NCBI GenBank assembly: GCA_040437565.1
Contig: JBDOQK010000040.1
Span: 186,001 to 250,000 of the forward strand
Origin: Albugo candida
Taxonomy: Eukaryota
Direction: 5' to 3'
DNA: 64,000 nt
The stretch's first letter is position 1, and every line of letters starts with the position of its first letter. This document shows positions 37,001 to 50,499 of the stretch, piece after piece. The notes under the pieces are model-generated. The model was not told the DNA's origin. It did no database searches and saw nothing but the letters and a program-made list of their open reading frames with translations. Made by a program: the position numbers and the translations under genes.

Positions 37001-40000
37001 ACAGGTGGGTGTATGACTCGATAAGAGGGAAGCTTTCAATCGAAACATAGTGTCGGAGCTTGTTTAACTGAGCTGGAATCGGCTATGAACGTCAAATAAC
37101 GTGACCAAATAACTTCCGTCGATTGTCAATCAAGTGGATTCGGAGCGGTTTCATGTTGTAGCGCTTGCGTAGGTCCGTATTACTGATGTGCTGGGTATAT
37201 TGAATACAGATGATGGCGTTGATACGCCTCATGACAACCAATGTCGCGGTCTGTATGACACCATGTGCCAGAGTTGTGCGTCAAATTAGTTAGAACATAG
37301 GCATATCACACGCGAACGCGCATGCTTCCAGAATTACGTGAAGTACCAGAGTGTCCAAATAATTTTGAAATACCGGGCTCATGTGTCTTGAGAATTTACC
37401 TTGTTGCTAAATGGATCCGACTTATTGGGAACTGGGTAGATCTATGTGACACAGAACAGAGCACTAATCCTAATGCATTTGGATGGATCATATTGTCCAT
37501 TTCGCGTTGGAGAAATGAAAGCAACCNNNNNNNNNNNNNNNNNNNNNNNNNNNNNNNNNNNNNNNNNNNNNNNNNNNNNNNNNNNNNNNNNNNNNNNNNN
37601 NNNNNNNNNNNNNNNNNNNNNNNNNNAAGCTGTTGTATTGCGGAGACGACGACTACAAGCTCTGTCAAGACGTAGGTACTTAAGAGAATGGTTGGTATAC
37701 AGGTGGGTGTATGACTCGATAAGAGGGAAGCTTTCAATCGAAACATAGTGTCGGAGCTTGTTTAACTGAGCTGGAATCGGCTATGAACGTCAAATAACGT
37801 GACCAAATAACTTCCGTCGATTGTCAATCAAGTGGATTCGGAGCGGTTTCATGTTGTAGCGCTTGCGTAGGTCCGTATTACTGATGTGCTGGGTATATTG
37901 AATACAGATGATGGCGTTGATACGCCTCATGACAACCAATGTCGCGGTCTGTATGACACCATGTGCCAGAGTTGTGCGTCAAATTAGTTAGAACATAGGC
38001 ATATCACACGCGAACGCGCATGCTTCCAGAATTACGTGAAGTACCAGAGTGTCCAAATAATTTTGAAATACCGGGCTCATGTGTCTTGAGAATTTACCTT
38101 GTTGCTAAATGGATCCGACTTATTGGGAACTGGGTAGATCTATGTGACACAGAACAGAGCACTAATCCTAATGCATTTGGATGGATCATATTGTCCATTT
38201 CGCGTTGGAGAAATGAAAGCAACCTTATTGACCAATTGGTCGAGTATTCTGCCAGGGGTGGTAACAGCTGGTCTGACTCGTTGAAGTTTACGAGATAAAA
38301 GAAGAACTGTTATACAAGTCTTCAACATCCCACTGTGTGTCCCCCTGATATGCAGTTTGGTGTGAAGCTGAATTCCTCGTGTACCTCTTCTAGGTTCTTT
38401 GGCTCGGTTTTCGAAACCCGCTCCAAGAATCCGCTCTCAGTATATTATAGTTTGAAAAACTACCTTCACTTAGCTTCTGTCGTGAGCGATCGGTTACAAG
38501 GGAAGAACTTGTTTTCTTCTATAGCCAACTGCTTGATCTGTCATTTACAGTTGATTTATACAGCTCATACAATATTGAGAGGTATCGAATTCGAAATCAA
38601 TGCACAGAAAGAGTTCAAAGACATCTCTCAAAACAATTCATTAACAAAAATGTCTATACTTTTACATTAGACTAAATGTTCACTATAAATGCCGAGGGAA
38701 TCTTTAAGATTAAATAGACACGCGAAATANNNNNNNNNNNNNNNNNNNNNNNNNNNNNNNNNNNNNNNNNNNNNNNNNNNNNNNNNNNNNNNNNNNNNNN
38801 NNNNNNNNNNNNNNNNNNNNNNNNNNNNNGGTTCTTTGGCTCGGTTTTCGAAACCCGCTCCAAGAATCCGCTCTCAGTATATTATAGTTCAAGAACTACC
38901 TTCACTTAGCTTCTATCGTGAGCGATCGGTTACAAGGGAAGAACTTGTTTTCTTCTATAGCCAACTGCTTGATCTGTCATTTACAGTTGATTTATACAGC
39001 TCATACAACATTGAGAGATATCGAATTCGAAATCAATGCACAGAAAGAGTTCAAAGACATCTCTCACAACAATTCATTGACAAAAATGTCTATACTTTCA
39101 CATTAGACTAAATGTTCACTATAAATGCCGAGGGAATCTTTAAGATTAAATAGACACGCGAAATAGTTACATTGAATAGGGTGTGCAAGTTGATGTTATG
39201 TCGCCTTGTCTAGAGCCTTTCTTGAGGCTGTTCTTTCTACCTCACTACAATACGAGAATGTCTCTATGTTGTTTTAACAGCATTACATATATCAGTTGGA
39301 TTGTTCTTCAAGCATCTAAGGATTTGCTGGGGAAGCACCCACAGCAATGGCGTCACTTTTGTGAATCCAGCGAAACATCCTTGCGTTGCAAGTTGATTCA
39401 GTAGCTTTGCACGCTGAATGAGCTTGTCTTGATCGTAACAGTGTAATCGAGAAAATTGAATGCGAGCACTAACGTGATGTAGATCATGGAGTTCTGGAAT
39501 TGCCGGAGTTGCTGATCGCTTATCGAATAAACGATGGTTTGAATTCCGATTGGGCCAAACAAAGTGCAGCATTGTAACCGGAGATACAAATCATCAGTCA
39601 GTTTGAAAAAAAGATCTCGCTAACAGCGTTTCCTTTCTATACGTGTCGTCAGCATTCTTCAAATACCAGTAGGACACGGTTTCGAAGATACCGTGGTGTA
39701 GCCATGCGTTTTCGGGCCAGTTTCAATATGGCAACACGGAATGGCATTTACTTACTTTCGAAAATTTCCGTTCGATTTCGCGGGAGGTGAAAGCACGGAA
39801 AAGCTGGAATTTTTTTTATATTTGGTTTGTAGTCCGCATAAAATGGTCATCTACTTATGTTTATGGTTGGCTCCAGTGAATAAAACAATCGTCGAGTGAA
39901 TACTTTAAAATGGCTGGCTTACTTCAGTTGAAGGTGTCTATATTACTAGTATTAGACTAACTGACTTCTCTAGTTGCCTAGGCTATCTTAAATAACATAT

Positions 40001-41080
40001 NNNNNNNNNNNNNNNNNNNNNNNNNNNNNNNNNNNNNNNNNNNNNNNNNNNNNNNNNNNNNNNNNNNNNNNNNNNNNNNNNNNNNNNNNNNNNNNNNNNN
40101 ACTTGTCTGTGCCGTACCCGCAGTAATGATCTTCGGCTTCTGAAAAATCCACCAAATGATCCTTGCATTGCGAGTTGACCCAGCAAGTTTGCAATCCGAA
40201 TGAATCGTAACACTGTCTTCGAAAGTACCCGAACGCGCGCACTAAATGTGGTTTATATCACGAAAAGTACTGGAATTATCGAAGTTGCTAAACGCTGGTC
40301 ACACAAACGAGGAGTCTATCAGTGCAGAAGAATTGCAGCGTCACCATTTGCTCTGCAAGCGACAAATCGGATATACGAATGCTTGTCCCTTTGGACTTGC
40401 TTCTCCTAAATCAAACACTATGGATCATGTATTTTTGTTCTTACTTCAATGGGATCTACTTAAGAGCGTTCATGTGCTACAAGAGCAATTCAAAAACATT
40501 GATGATGTTACCTCGAGACCTTTCGACAACTCAGACGTTATAATCATTTTTGTGCACTAACGTCATTCTTTATTCGCGTCAGACTATAGGATCCATCATT
40601 GACTAAGAGATGCCTGGCAACCAATCGATGAAGCTGAGTTTCAGTCTACTCTCACTCTCTGTTCAATTCTCTAGCTATTCGATGTTAAATTTTCTTCTAT
40701 TGTTTGGAATAGAGATAGTTGCAGCACTCGATCCAAAAGGGTATAACCAATTTACGCACTAAGTAGCCACCACTTACTGCTAGTTACACGTTCCATTTGG
40801 TAGTCATTTGTATTCTCGTGCGAAAGGCCTTCGCAAGTCAGCTGTCTCACCGTGTAATCACTGATTTACGAGTTCTTATTCGCCGTACAGTTTCTTTTTC
40901 ATAGCATTGACAAAATGCAAGGACAGTTTAGTTGGAAGGTGAATATTAAAAATGATCGAGATGCCTAGCAGGCAAATGATAGACTTCTGCTTGAATGTAC
41001 TGTATCCACAATGTTTGCGTCTATCTTCATTGCGTATGGAATTCTACTGACACGATAAACCCAGAATTTATCAGCAGTTT

Positions 41081-44000
41081 TGCTGAAACGTACACCGTAG
41101 TTGAATCATCGAGGGTGCAGTACACACGACATGCGAAACGACGACTAAGAGGTATGACACATAATACGAGAGGTAGTGATTAGTAGCACGTAGGAGACTG
41201 TTGAACTTGATAATATATCTCCCTTTATGACCGTAAACTAACAGGTTATGAGCCCAAAACGTTTGGTGGCAACACCGACAAGATGAAGAAGCCTGACGAC
41301 TTGCTGGGGAACGGAAACTACTTCCATTGGGAATTCAACATGAAGATGACTCTAGCACGCATGGGACTACTGAATCATATAATGGAAATGAAGTCAGAGC
41401 ACGAGTAGGGTGCGGATTGGAGAGTCAAGTACATGAAAGCGTTTGCGATTATCGCACAAGGAGTCGAAGTGGAGCATCAGTCAAAGATTCGTCATGCGGG
41501 AATAGCCAAGGAAGTATGGGATATACTTGGGGAATATTACAAGCGCAACCTTCAAAACAGAATAGCTCTAACACGAAGATAGCATGAGTTTCACATGGAA
41601 GAAGAGCAATATGGCCAGTCATATAGATCGGTTTCACGAGCTCACACTGAGCATGGAAGCAGTCGGAGAAACGATGGATGAAGGAAGGAAGCTCACGATT
41701 TTGCTCGGAAGCTTTCCAGCCGAATACGAACTACTTGTCATAGTACTGGAGAATTCAGTTGGACTGTACTGATGGACGTAAAGGAAAAGCTGTCCAAGGA
41801 ACATGACAAGAAACAGCATCGAGAGACCTCGGATGGTGCATTTCGTGCACGACACGGCCAAGGAAGAGGACGGACAATGCGCCAACAACGAACTACAAAT
41901 GAAGATTATAGGAAGACAAAGCAATTTCGTGGAAGGTGCCCCAGATGAAATAAAGTGGGTCACCAGAAATATGAGTGCAAGATAAAGCCTGCGACGGATG
42001 CGAATGAAATTGCATTTACAGTCCATTATGGTAGTAAACAAGGTTGGTTGTAGGACAGCGGAGCCTCGTCACATATGACACCGGCAAAAAAAGATTTTTC
42101 CGAATAACATGCGTTGGAGAATCAATTGAATTCCGTATTGCAGACGGAGCTAAGATGGAAGGAATTGGGAGAGGGAAAAATAGATTTCGTTCCAAGAGTG
42201 GTACAATGGTGGCGGTGAAGGGAGTATTACACATAAACAACCTGGATAGACGGCTACTATCAGTTCCAAAGATAGCCCAACATGGACAAGACCTGCGGTT
42301 CGGTGCAAATCAATCCGACATTTTTAGAGAAAATGACCTGGTGGTGTCAGCGAAGCGCGAAGGAACCGTGTACACACTCAACGTGAAAATGAGCGAGCCA
42401 TGGTGGTTGATCCCCAACAATGCTGAGAGCAACTGGGAGCTATGGCATGCCAGAATGAGCCATCCAAGCCACACAATATACGATAAAATACAGCAGTCGA
42501 CTGAAGGTTTACCAAGAATTTCGGACAAAGATGGAAATTTGTGCAGTGTATGTTCCCAAGGAAAGCTGACAGTGGCAAGATTCCCCAAGGAATAAAAGAC
42601 GAAGACTACGCAACCATTACAATTAGTTCGCTAAGATGTCATGAGACCCATGAAGACAAAAACTCCTGGTGGATCCCAATTTATGCTGTCATTTATTAAT
42701 GACTTCTCCACATTTGCGAACGTATACTTTTCAAAGACCATGTGAGGTGACAGCAAAGTTCATCGAGTATAAAGCAGAAATGGAACTACAGTACGGAACG
42801 ACAATTAAAGCTATACACACGGACAATGGAGGAGAATTGAAGAACAAGAGGTTCGAGATTTTGTCGAATAAATGAAATCATTCACCAGACAACAGTACCT
42901 CACATCCCGCAGCAAAACGGACTTGTAGACCGAAATGAATAGGACCATCATGGAGAAAGCGAGAAGCATGATGACCTACAAGGGTGTTGCACAGACTTGT
43001 TGGGCTAAAGCGATAAATACCGCGGTTCAAGTGATCAATCGAGCCACAAGCGGCCAATCCCTGAATACGACTGCAATCGAGAAGTGTTTCAGGACAAAGC
43101 CGCCACTACATTACCTAAGGGTACTTGGATCGCTCAAATACGCTCACGTTTACGAAACTAAGCGCACGAAGTTTGACGCGAAGAGCTTCGGTTGCATGTT
43201 ACTGGGATATGCCACAAACACAAAAGGCTATAAAGTTTACGATCTGGAGACACACACGGTTCATCTACGTCAAATTATACATTGACTGATATCACCGCAA
43301 TTTCTTACGAAGATGATGCGGACGATGATTTGCATTATGGAATGCATAATATTGAAAACGGAGATGTTGAAATGAAAGACGAACACGAAGACGATGACGT
43401 CGAGATGGATAAATGGATGAGTGACCTTGGGCCTGAAGATGACAGTGTAATTCCCTGTCCGGGCTGTCACCAATCTCTTACAAATCAGTCACAACAGCTC
43501 ATGCAGCAGCCTCGACAGACTCAAGATGGGTTTTGCCAGAAAGAAGGAGCACTCAGTCAAACAACGGGTAGCCAGATGATCATTCAACAAGATATAACTC
43601 GAAGATCCTATATGGAAAGGAACCGACGTCTTTTTCCGAACAAAACCAGTGGGAGAGATGAATACGATATTGCACAAATTGAACACCAGCCCATAATGAT
43701 GATTGAGGCTGATAGTGCTGACAACCATATTGATTACAGAATCGTCGTGTACAATAACACTGTTCAGTCAAGTGACAGAGATGATAACGAAGCTCCATCC
43801 AAGAGATCCAGATTGGATAGCTACACTTCGTTCATGGTAGAAGTCGCAATGGTTACACAAAACATCCCACGATCGTAGGAAGATGCAACCACCGGAGCAG
43901 AAAATGACTAATGGGCTAAAGCAATAAACAACGATTTCATTGCACATAAGCAAACAACACGTGGTCAATTGTGCAACGAAAACCAGGAATGAAGACCATT

Positions 44001-45312
44001 GGAACTAAGTGGGTCTGGGTCAAGAAGGAGACAGGCCCGACACTGCGCTACGAAGCGAGATTGGTTGCGCTGGGATTTTTACAACATCACAGAGTCGATT
44101 CCATCGAGACATATGCTGCTGTTGCGAGCATTAACTCAATAAGAGTACTCCTATCAACGTGCTGTGCAATTGGATAAATCATTGAGCAAATTGATGTGGA
44201 CACAGCGTATTTGAACGCAGAAATTAAAAAGAAGTCTACGTGGAAGTACCAAAGGGACTTAACATTGGCAAAGAATACGTTTTGAAGCTGAACCGTGCTT
44301 TATATGGACTAAAGCAAGCCGAACATGCGTGTAAATCAACCATTAACAGTGTATTCATAAAACTGGAATTTGAAGCATGTGGTACTGATCGATGCGTCTA
44401 CAAAAAAAAGGATCGTGACGGATTGATTTACTTGTGGCCTTACGTGAATGATATGATCGTAGCAGCTAAATCAAGCGATACCGTGAGCAAAGGAAAAATT
44501 CAAATTTCACAACGATTTCAGAGTAAAGACCTTGGGCCAGTAAAATACCTCCTGGGTATGGAGATAAATTACGACCAAGAGAAGCAAGCCATGTNNNNNN
44601 NNNNNNNNNNNNNNNNNNNNNNNNNNNNNNNNNNNNNNNNNNNNNNNNNNNNNNNNNNNNNNNNNNNNNNNNNNNNNNNNNNNNNNNNNNNNNNATGCAG
44701 ACTGGGGAAACAACTTGGATGACCGCAGGTCTGTGAGTGGTGTATTACCACTACTGAATGGAGGACCAGTTGCATTTAAGTCGAAGTACCAACGTACAGT
44801 AGCTTTGAGTACCTCAGAAGCTGATTACATGGCAATGAGCATGTGTAGACAGGACGTACTATGGGCCAGAGAAATGCTTTCCGACCTGGGGTTTGAACAG
44901 AAGAATCCAACAATTGTCTGGGAAGATAAACAAGGAGCTATCGCACTTTACACGAATCCAGGATATCATGCACGAACGAAGCATGTGGATATCCGCTATC
45001 ACTCTATCCGTGAGAAGATAACGACAGGGTTGATAAAAGTGGTATACAAGGAAACGAAGTACCAACTAGCAGACATTCTGACGAAAGCACTGGGAACAAA
45101 ACGAATACAATTCATTCGTGATGCAATGGGTATCAAGTCAGCGCGCAACTACATTGAGTGGGAGTGTTGAAACGTACACTGTAGTTGAAGCACCCAGTGT
45201 GCAGTACAGACGACTAGAAGGTACGACACATAATTCGAGGGGTAGTGATTAGTGGCCAGTAGGAGACTGTTAATCTTGATGATATACATCCCCTTTTGAC
45301 CGAAAACTAACA
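41081..45312 (+). mobile_element. Ty1/Copia LTR retrotransposon, degenerate
   Basis: 5' LTR 41081-41243 (TG...ACA) followed by PBS GGTTATGAGCCCA. Gag and protease remnants, WHARMSH (GAG-pre-integrase), HTDNGGE integrase, RT (ARLVALGF, ALYGLKQ, YVNDM), RNase H (RTKHVDIRYH, QLADILTK). PPT GAGTGGGAG, then 3' LTR 45165-45312. Confidence 0.95.
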
Positions 45313-46180
45313 CCAACCTTTTACATTAATCCATTCAAAAGCTTAATATCATCGTTGTGATGGAGCTCGAGCACAAGCGGTCACGAGGTTTCATGCGCAT
45401 GGTGGACGGACAAAAGTAAATCTTGAGTCCTCCACTTTGTTATAACTTTCGATCAAATTTTCGTTGTTAGGAAAAACTAATTTCGTTAATGCGTGGTTGC
45501 AATAGAACGTATGCTGATCTAGCTAAAGCGAACAGAAATGGAAATCACATTGATATCAACGTCCAGCTGTTCTCTATTGTCTTGCTACACTTTCAATCCG
45601 ATTTTAAAGTCTTGCGAGGTTGATTTAATTAAACCGTGCCCCCTTCATCTTTTCAAGACGCTTTATGTTTCACCGAGATCGAGCTGCTTCCATTCAGCTA
45701 TTATTATTTTCGGATCTGAGCTGTTGCACGCGAAACGATACCGATAATTATATAACGCCATCAGATCACCCCGAACTTCTTCGGAAACCAATACGGCAGC
45801 ACAAGTACGGAACGTTTGTAAAAACGATTGATGACTGGTACGCCATGCTAATAAAAAAACACAATAGGATACTATTTTTTCCAGCGCTCCTATTGTACTC
45901 TTCCTGTCATGAGATGGGTCAAACTACCCAATTACGGTGATATTTTATCATAATACGTTGATGGATGATATATAGATTGGTGAATTGCCTAAAAAGTAAT
46001 GCAAAGCAGTCTACAGTCCAGCGTCAAGTTCGTGTCTACAAAGTGGCTGCACAAGGAAAATTATATCATAATATGAGTGAAGGTAGAATCCTGACGGAGA
46101 AAAAAATCAAATTGCATTTATTTTGATGTTTTGATGATTTATTGGACCGAATGATGCAAAGATAGATCAGGTTCCATGAT

Positions 46181-46987
46181 TCAAAGAATATACGCGCTCT
46201 CGTCTTCAAACACGATGGGGTGAGTCTTGGCAAGCGTAGCGCCAATGACCCAAACATTGCTGGGACTAGGACGAACGGCAAAAGAACATGCATTGTTGTT
46301 TAGGTCGACAAAATAGTTTTGGTATGAAAGTGTGAATGCTTGTCGACCAGAATGATCGATAAACTTGAATGTCGGAAGCTTCATGTAGGCGATTTCCTCA
46401 CACTTAATAAAATTCTTCAATAGATCGATTTTTCCAGGTATTGCTTCCATTAATTGGTGAAATGCCGAAGGTGGGAACTGGATGGTAGCATTTCAAAAGT
46501 CAAAAAACACGTGTTCGTTTTTTTTACCGGCATGGACTCCGTAATATTGGACCTTATACGAAACTGCATAGATTTGTTGTATAATATATTTTGTCTTTAG
46601 TGTCACAAGGTATCTTTCAGACTCCAACGTGCTAGTTTTTGTAGCGATTAACATTGTTATCGGCTTTCCAAATGTGTCATCCCAGTGATGAGATGAACCT
46701 GCTTGGTGATCTAAAGCACCCTTAATCAGTTTAAAGCTGAACAACTCGTAGCTGAAATTCTCCAGTACATCTTTGCCTATGACTGACTTGATTTTTTCGG
46801 CTTCCTTCTCAGTCATTGGAGATGGAGTGGCTTCCTTTGATTCGCAATATATCGTTTTAATTCGTGGTACGAATACCTTCATCATCAAAACCCGGTCTTG
46901 ATAAAGATTGAGAAAGAGAGGAAGCCAGTACGCACCCGAATAATGGAATGCCAAAAAAAGCCAAACGAGTTTCTTTGCACCGGGCAT
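46181..46987 (-). pseudogene. Secreted pepsin-C-lobe-like protein, divergent copy G, interrupted by one in-frame TGA (46493-46495)
   Basis: ATG 46987 MPGAKKLVWLFLAFHYSGA (signal-like). VFFDF*NATIQFPP continues in frame to CEEIAYMKLPTFKF..FTLSYQNYFV..ACSFAV..VWVIGATL..IVF, a typical A1 protease C-lobe pattern. Inr/FPR-like TCATTTTCAAATTT at ~47001-47015. Confidence 0.75.
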
Positions 46988-49900
46988 TGTTGTTATTGGT
47001 AAATTTGAAAATGAATTTTGACACAACCGGCTCCGCTACACCACTCAATGCAAAAGTGGGACAGACATCTTTTGATCAGATAATCTAAAGGTGTCATTGT
47101 ATTCGAAATTTTATGCAAGGACTAGGTACAAGCAATAAACGACCAATGCTTGTGTAGCAATGTTGTGAGATTGTATTGTTGACGCATTTTTGGCATTAAC
47201 ATTTGGTATCGAATTCCAAATGAAAGTTCAGATGTACTGCTCCTCTAGGTTTGATTTGATACTATGTTTTACAGGTTTGCAAATGAGTGGATCGTCGGCG
47301 TTGAAGTGAGTAAAACAGCTTACAGCAGATTTGATACATCATAAATTTGTAAAACTCTGCAAAAGCAATAAAAGACATTCGTGAATAGGATCAAGAGGAA
47401 TCTAGACAAATGAGAGGTAATTTTTCTAGTGCGTTTTTGCGCTCACCAGTACGTTGACAAAATTTAGATCACCTCCTTAACATAGTACACCTCGCTGAGT
47501 GCATAAGATGCATATTATCATCTCACCATATAAGGTATCCTGGCCAAAAAGCATCGTATTTTATATATCAGTCAATACTCTGTTGTTTTCCAAATGTTGC
47601 TTTTGTCCATTTGAAAGGAGCTACAGATTTTCGATGTACGAGTCTTGAGCTACTATCTCGCCTATTTGAGGAGCTAGGCGACTGCTGTTGATTGCCGCTA
47701 CAAACAGACCGCTACAGATCACTGTTCATACGGGTCAAATGAGTGAAAATGCATCAGAAATAGAAATGCACATCCACCAATAGGTACGTTCGCGTATTCG
47801 TCCGAGCCAATCTGAAGCCATCACTGATGCAGCTTTGGCCAATTTTTAAAAGCACGGGTGAGAAATCGAACGTCAAGGTGAAAACGAGTAGGACAAACTC
47901 GAATGCACTACTGAAAGGAGCAGTGCAATACGAGAGAAACGTTTCGATTGAGTCAAGAGTGCGTTTTCTCACAGAAAACGAGAAGCTTCCAGGGAGTCTA
48001 TTACCATCGACATGGAACGGTATGTAATAAATGTAGAAGGTAACAGACGTTTTCAAGTGGAATCGGATACCCCGCGGAATGACAAAGACGACGGGAATCA
48101 AGAATGAGAAGAGGTGAAAAAGGAAACTGTTAATATTGAAAAGAAACGACATGATTAAAGGAACAATAGACACTGACGCAAGAAATGCAAAGGAGAAGAA
48201 GATGAGAAAACGACTTATATATCGCATGAGAATGTAACCATTCGAAAATTCGCATGCAATGAGACGTTTTATAAAGCATGGAATCTAATGCGATTTTTGC
48301 TTTGGGGAAGACAATTTAAACTTAATAAGAATAACGTAAAGAAGACAGTTTGCTTTATACTGGCAAGCAGATTAACTTACAACAATCGGGCACTTCAAGT
48401 ACCAAAATTTGTCTACCAAGGTGCAAGATCCCAGCTTGTATACACAGCCGTTGGGACTAAACAGTCAGTCAGCAATGGACTCGAATCCCCCGTATACGAA
48501 AACGTAAATTACCTTCAACTATCGCGTATTGGTAAAAACTCGATCACTTCCACACCACGCTAAGAAAACTTGTCCCTACAAACATCACACTGTCCTAAAT
48601 GGACCAAAATCAAAAATCTAAATTTCTCCAGCCTCACGACATGTGATTATAGCATCTCTAAGCAATGCACATGTAATTTAGACAATTCTTCCGACGACAA
48701 AAAATCGGTATATTTGCGAGCAAAACTGATGAAGCCACTCAAGGACAAAGGATTTATGAACTGGTCAGATAGACTAGAGAAAAGAAGAATGGATAAAGCT
48801 GGAATCACATCCGCCAAAGTAGATTAAACAGCCGTAGTTGTTTCTGTGTCAGTGGAGCCATGACCGTTGGTCCCGGCGTCTTAGGAACAACGTCAACGAC
48901 GCTTTCGACAACCGTGACTGCAGGGGTCGGTGCCGGGCTTATCGTTGTAGCAATGGATATGTGTCAGTTTGGTGTGATGATCAATCAACTCGATTTGCAA
49001 GGTCGTCCTACCTTTTGAAAGAACATGTCATTTTCCACCTTCATGTTTCTTCCTTTTGGAGAAGCCAAACTTACTTTGACTGACAGTCATGGACGCCGAT
49101 AGTCATAATCTGCTCGCTTTTTATTGGGAAAATAGGCCGATACAGGTGACGTGGGTGCTATGAAACGCATGGAACGGTACGTACTGGTTATTGGCATATG
49201 AGTGGACATGCTGTTTTTATGTACGTTTGGGTGGAATTGCTGTGAGCGATAATTGAATTGTTTCTATCTCTTTCTTCTGGTCCCAGCCAGTGCTCACGTA
49301 ACCTAGCAACAATTTCTTTATAGATAGCTGAACCATTGTACGGTCAAGGCGCGTTTGTCCCTTTCCGTCTTATTGGCATCTGCCCCTCTCGCTATTTCAT
49401 AGTATCGAGTAATGCCATCTATTCTATCCAGGATTGCAATGTTAAACTATCAGAGCGTGTACATTAAGTGAGATAATGCTGCGCAAAATCGGTTTCAAAC
49501 GTATCACGGATTGCTTTTATCTTACTCTGCTCATTTACAAACCTATGTAGCACTGTTGAATACTGATTAATAGGTACAGAAAATGTCAACACCCGTCAGC
49601 ATTTTGCCTCTTTTTCAATAACGTATGCGATAAATCTTTTTTTCATCAAATAAAACATCCGCGACGCTGTATATGCAAATATTAGCACAGTATGCAAATG
49701 CTAAATACTAAGAAGACATTGTAGGCGTGACATATTTATTCGAATGCGGTGCGGGGAATATCACACAGTTAGTGCTCACAAATATGCTACTGGGCTCTCA
49801 ATCATCTCCGTTTGTACTGGAGTAAACGAATTCCCTTGTGGGTCATAATCGTTATTGGGGCTTCGTGGAAGCTGTCATCAACTCACAGAGATAACCTCGA

Positions 49901-50499
49901 ACCCCCGATTAACTATAGGACAGGTGGAGCAAGATGAGGCTTTTCAAACGATCTCTTTATATATGTTGTCAATGTTGAGGTTGTTTCTACTCAGTTGCAT
50001 GGTATCATCTGAATCTACCAGGATCTCCTGATTAATTTGTTTTTGTAAGTATCAGGATCAGTACCAGTTATCAGTAACTTTATCAGTCAAATACTTTTGT
50101 AAGAGACGAAGGAGAGAAATCGTGACGTAATGTGAGTTGAACACTGCAATCATAGGAATTGTGGAAGATCATATCCAGAATCGCATGTACAAAGCTACGG
50201 ATATTACCTTAAAAATATAAAGATTTCACAAGCCATACTGAGCAGCATCTCCTCTTCATTCATAAAAGGCCCACAACCCTTCGACCTTTGCACTTTTTCA
50301 ACACTTTTAAGAATATCATGATTTATAGAATAGCTCTTGGACAGGGTACGGAAAGTGAAGCGTTTTGGTGCTCTCCACACTTAGGAGGGAGCCGTGCCAG
50401 AACGTTTAAAGGCCAGTTCAAGCGCGACCGGTACTAGAGCCTATTATGCGGACCGTTACGTCCTAACCTCCACCGGTATTTCTCTTTTTTGATATATCA

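Noticed and set aside
35249-39165. Three direct duplications (about 35249-35779/35880-36410, 36929-37526/37627-38225, 38392-38729/38830-39165)
   Set aside because: Each straddles a 100-N gap. The last pair differs slightly and may be two haplotypes. Not treated as biological tandem repeats.
46493-46495. Selenocysteine recoding of the TGA in copy G
   Set aside because: The aligned residue in paralogues is usually Gly, not Cys, and I could not identify a SECIS element.
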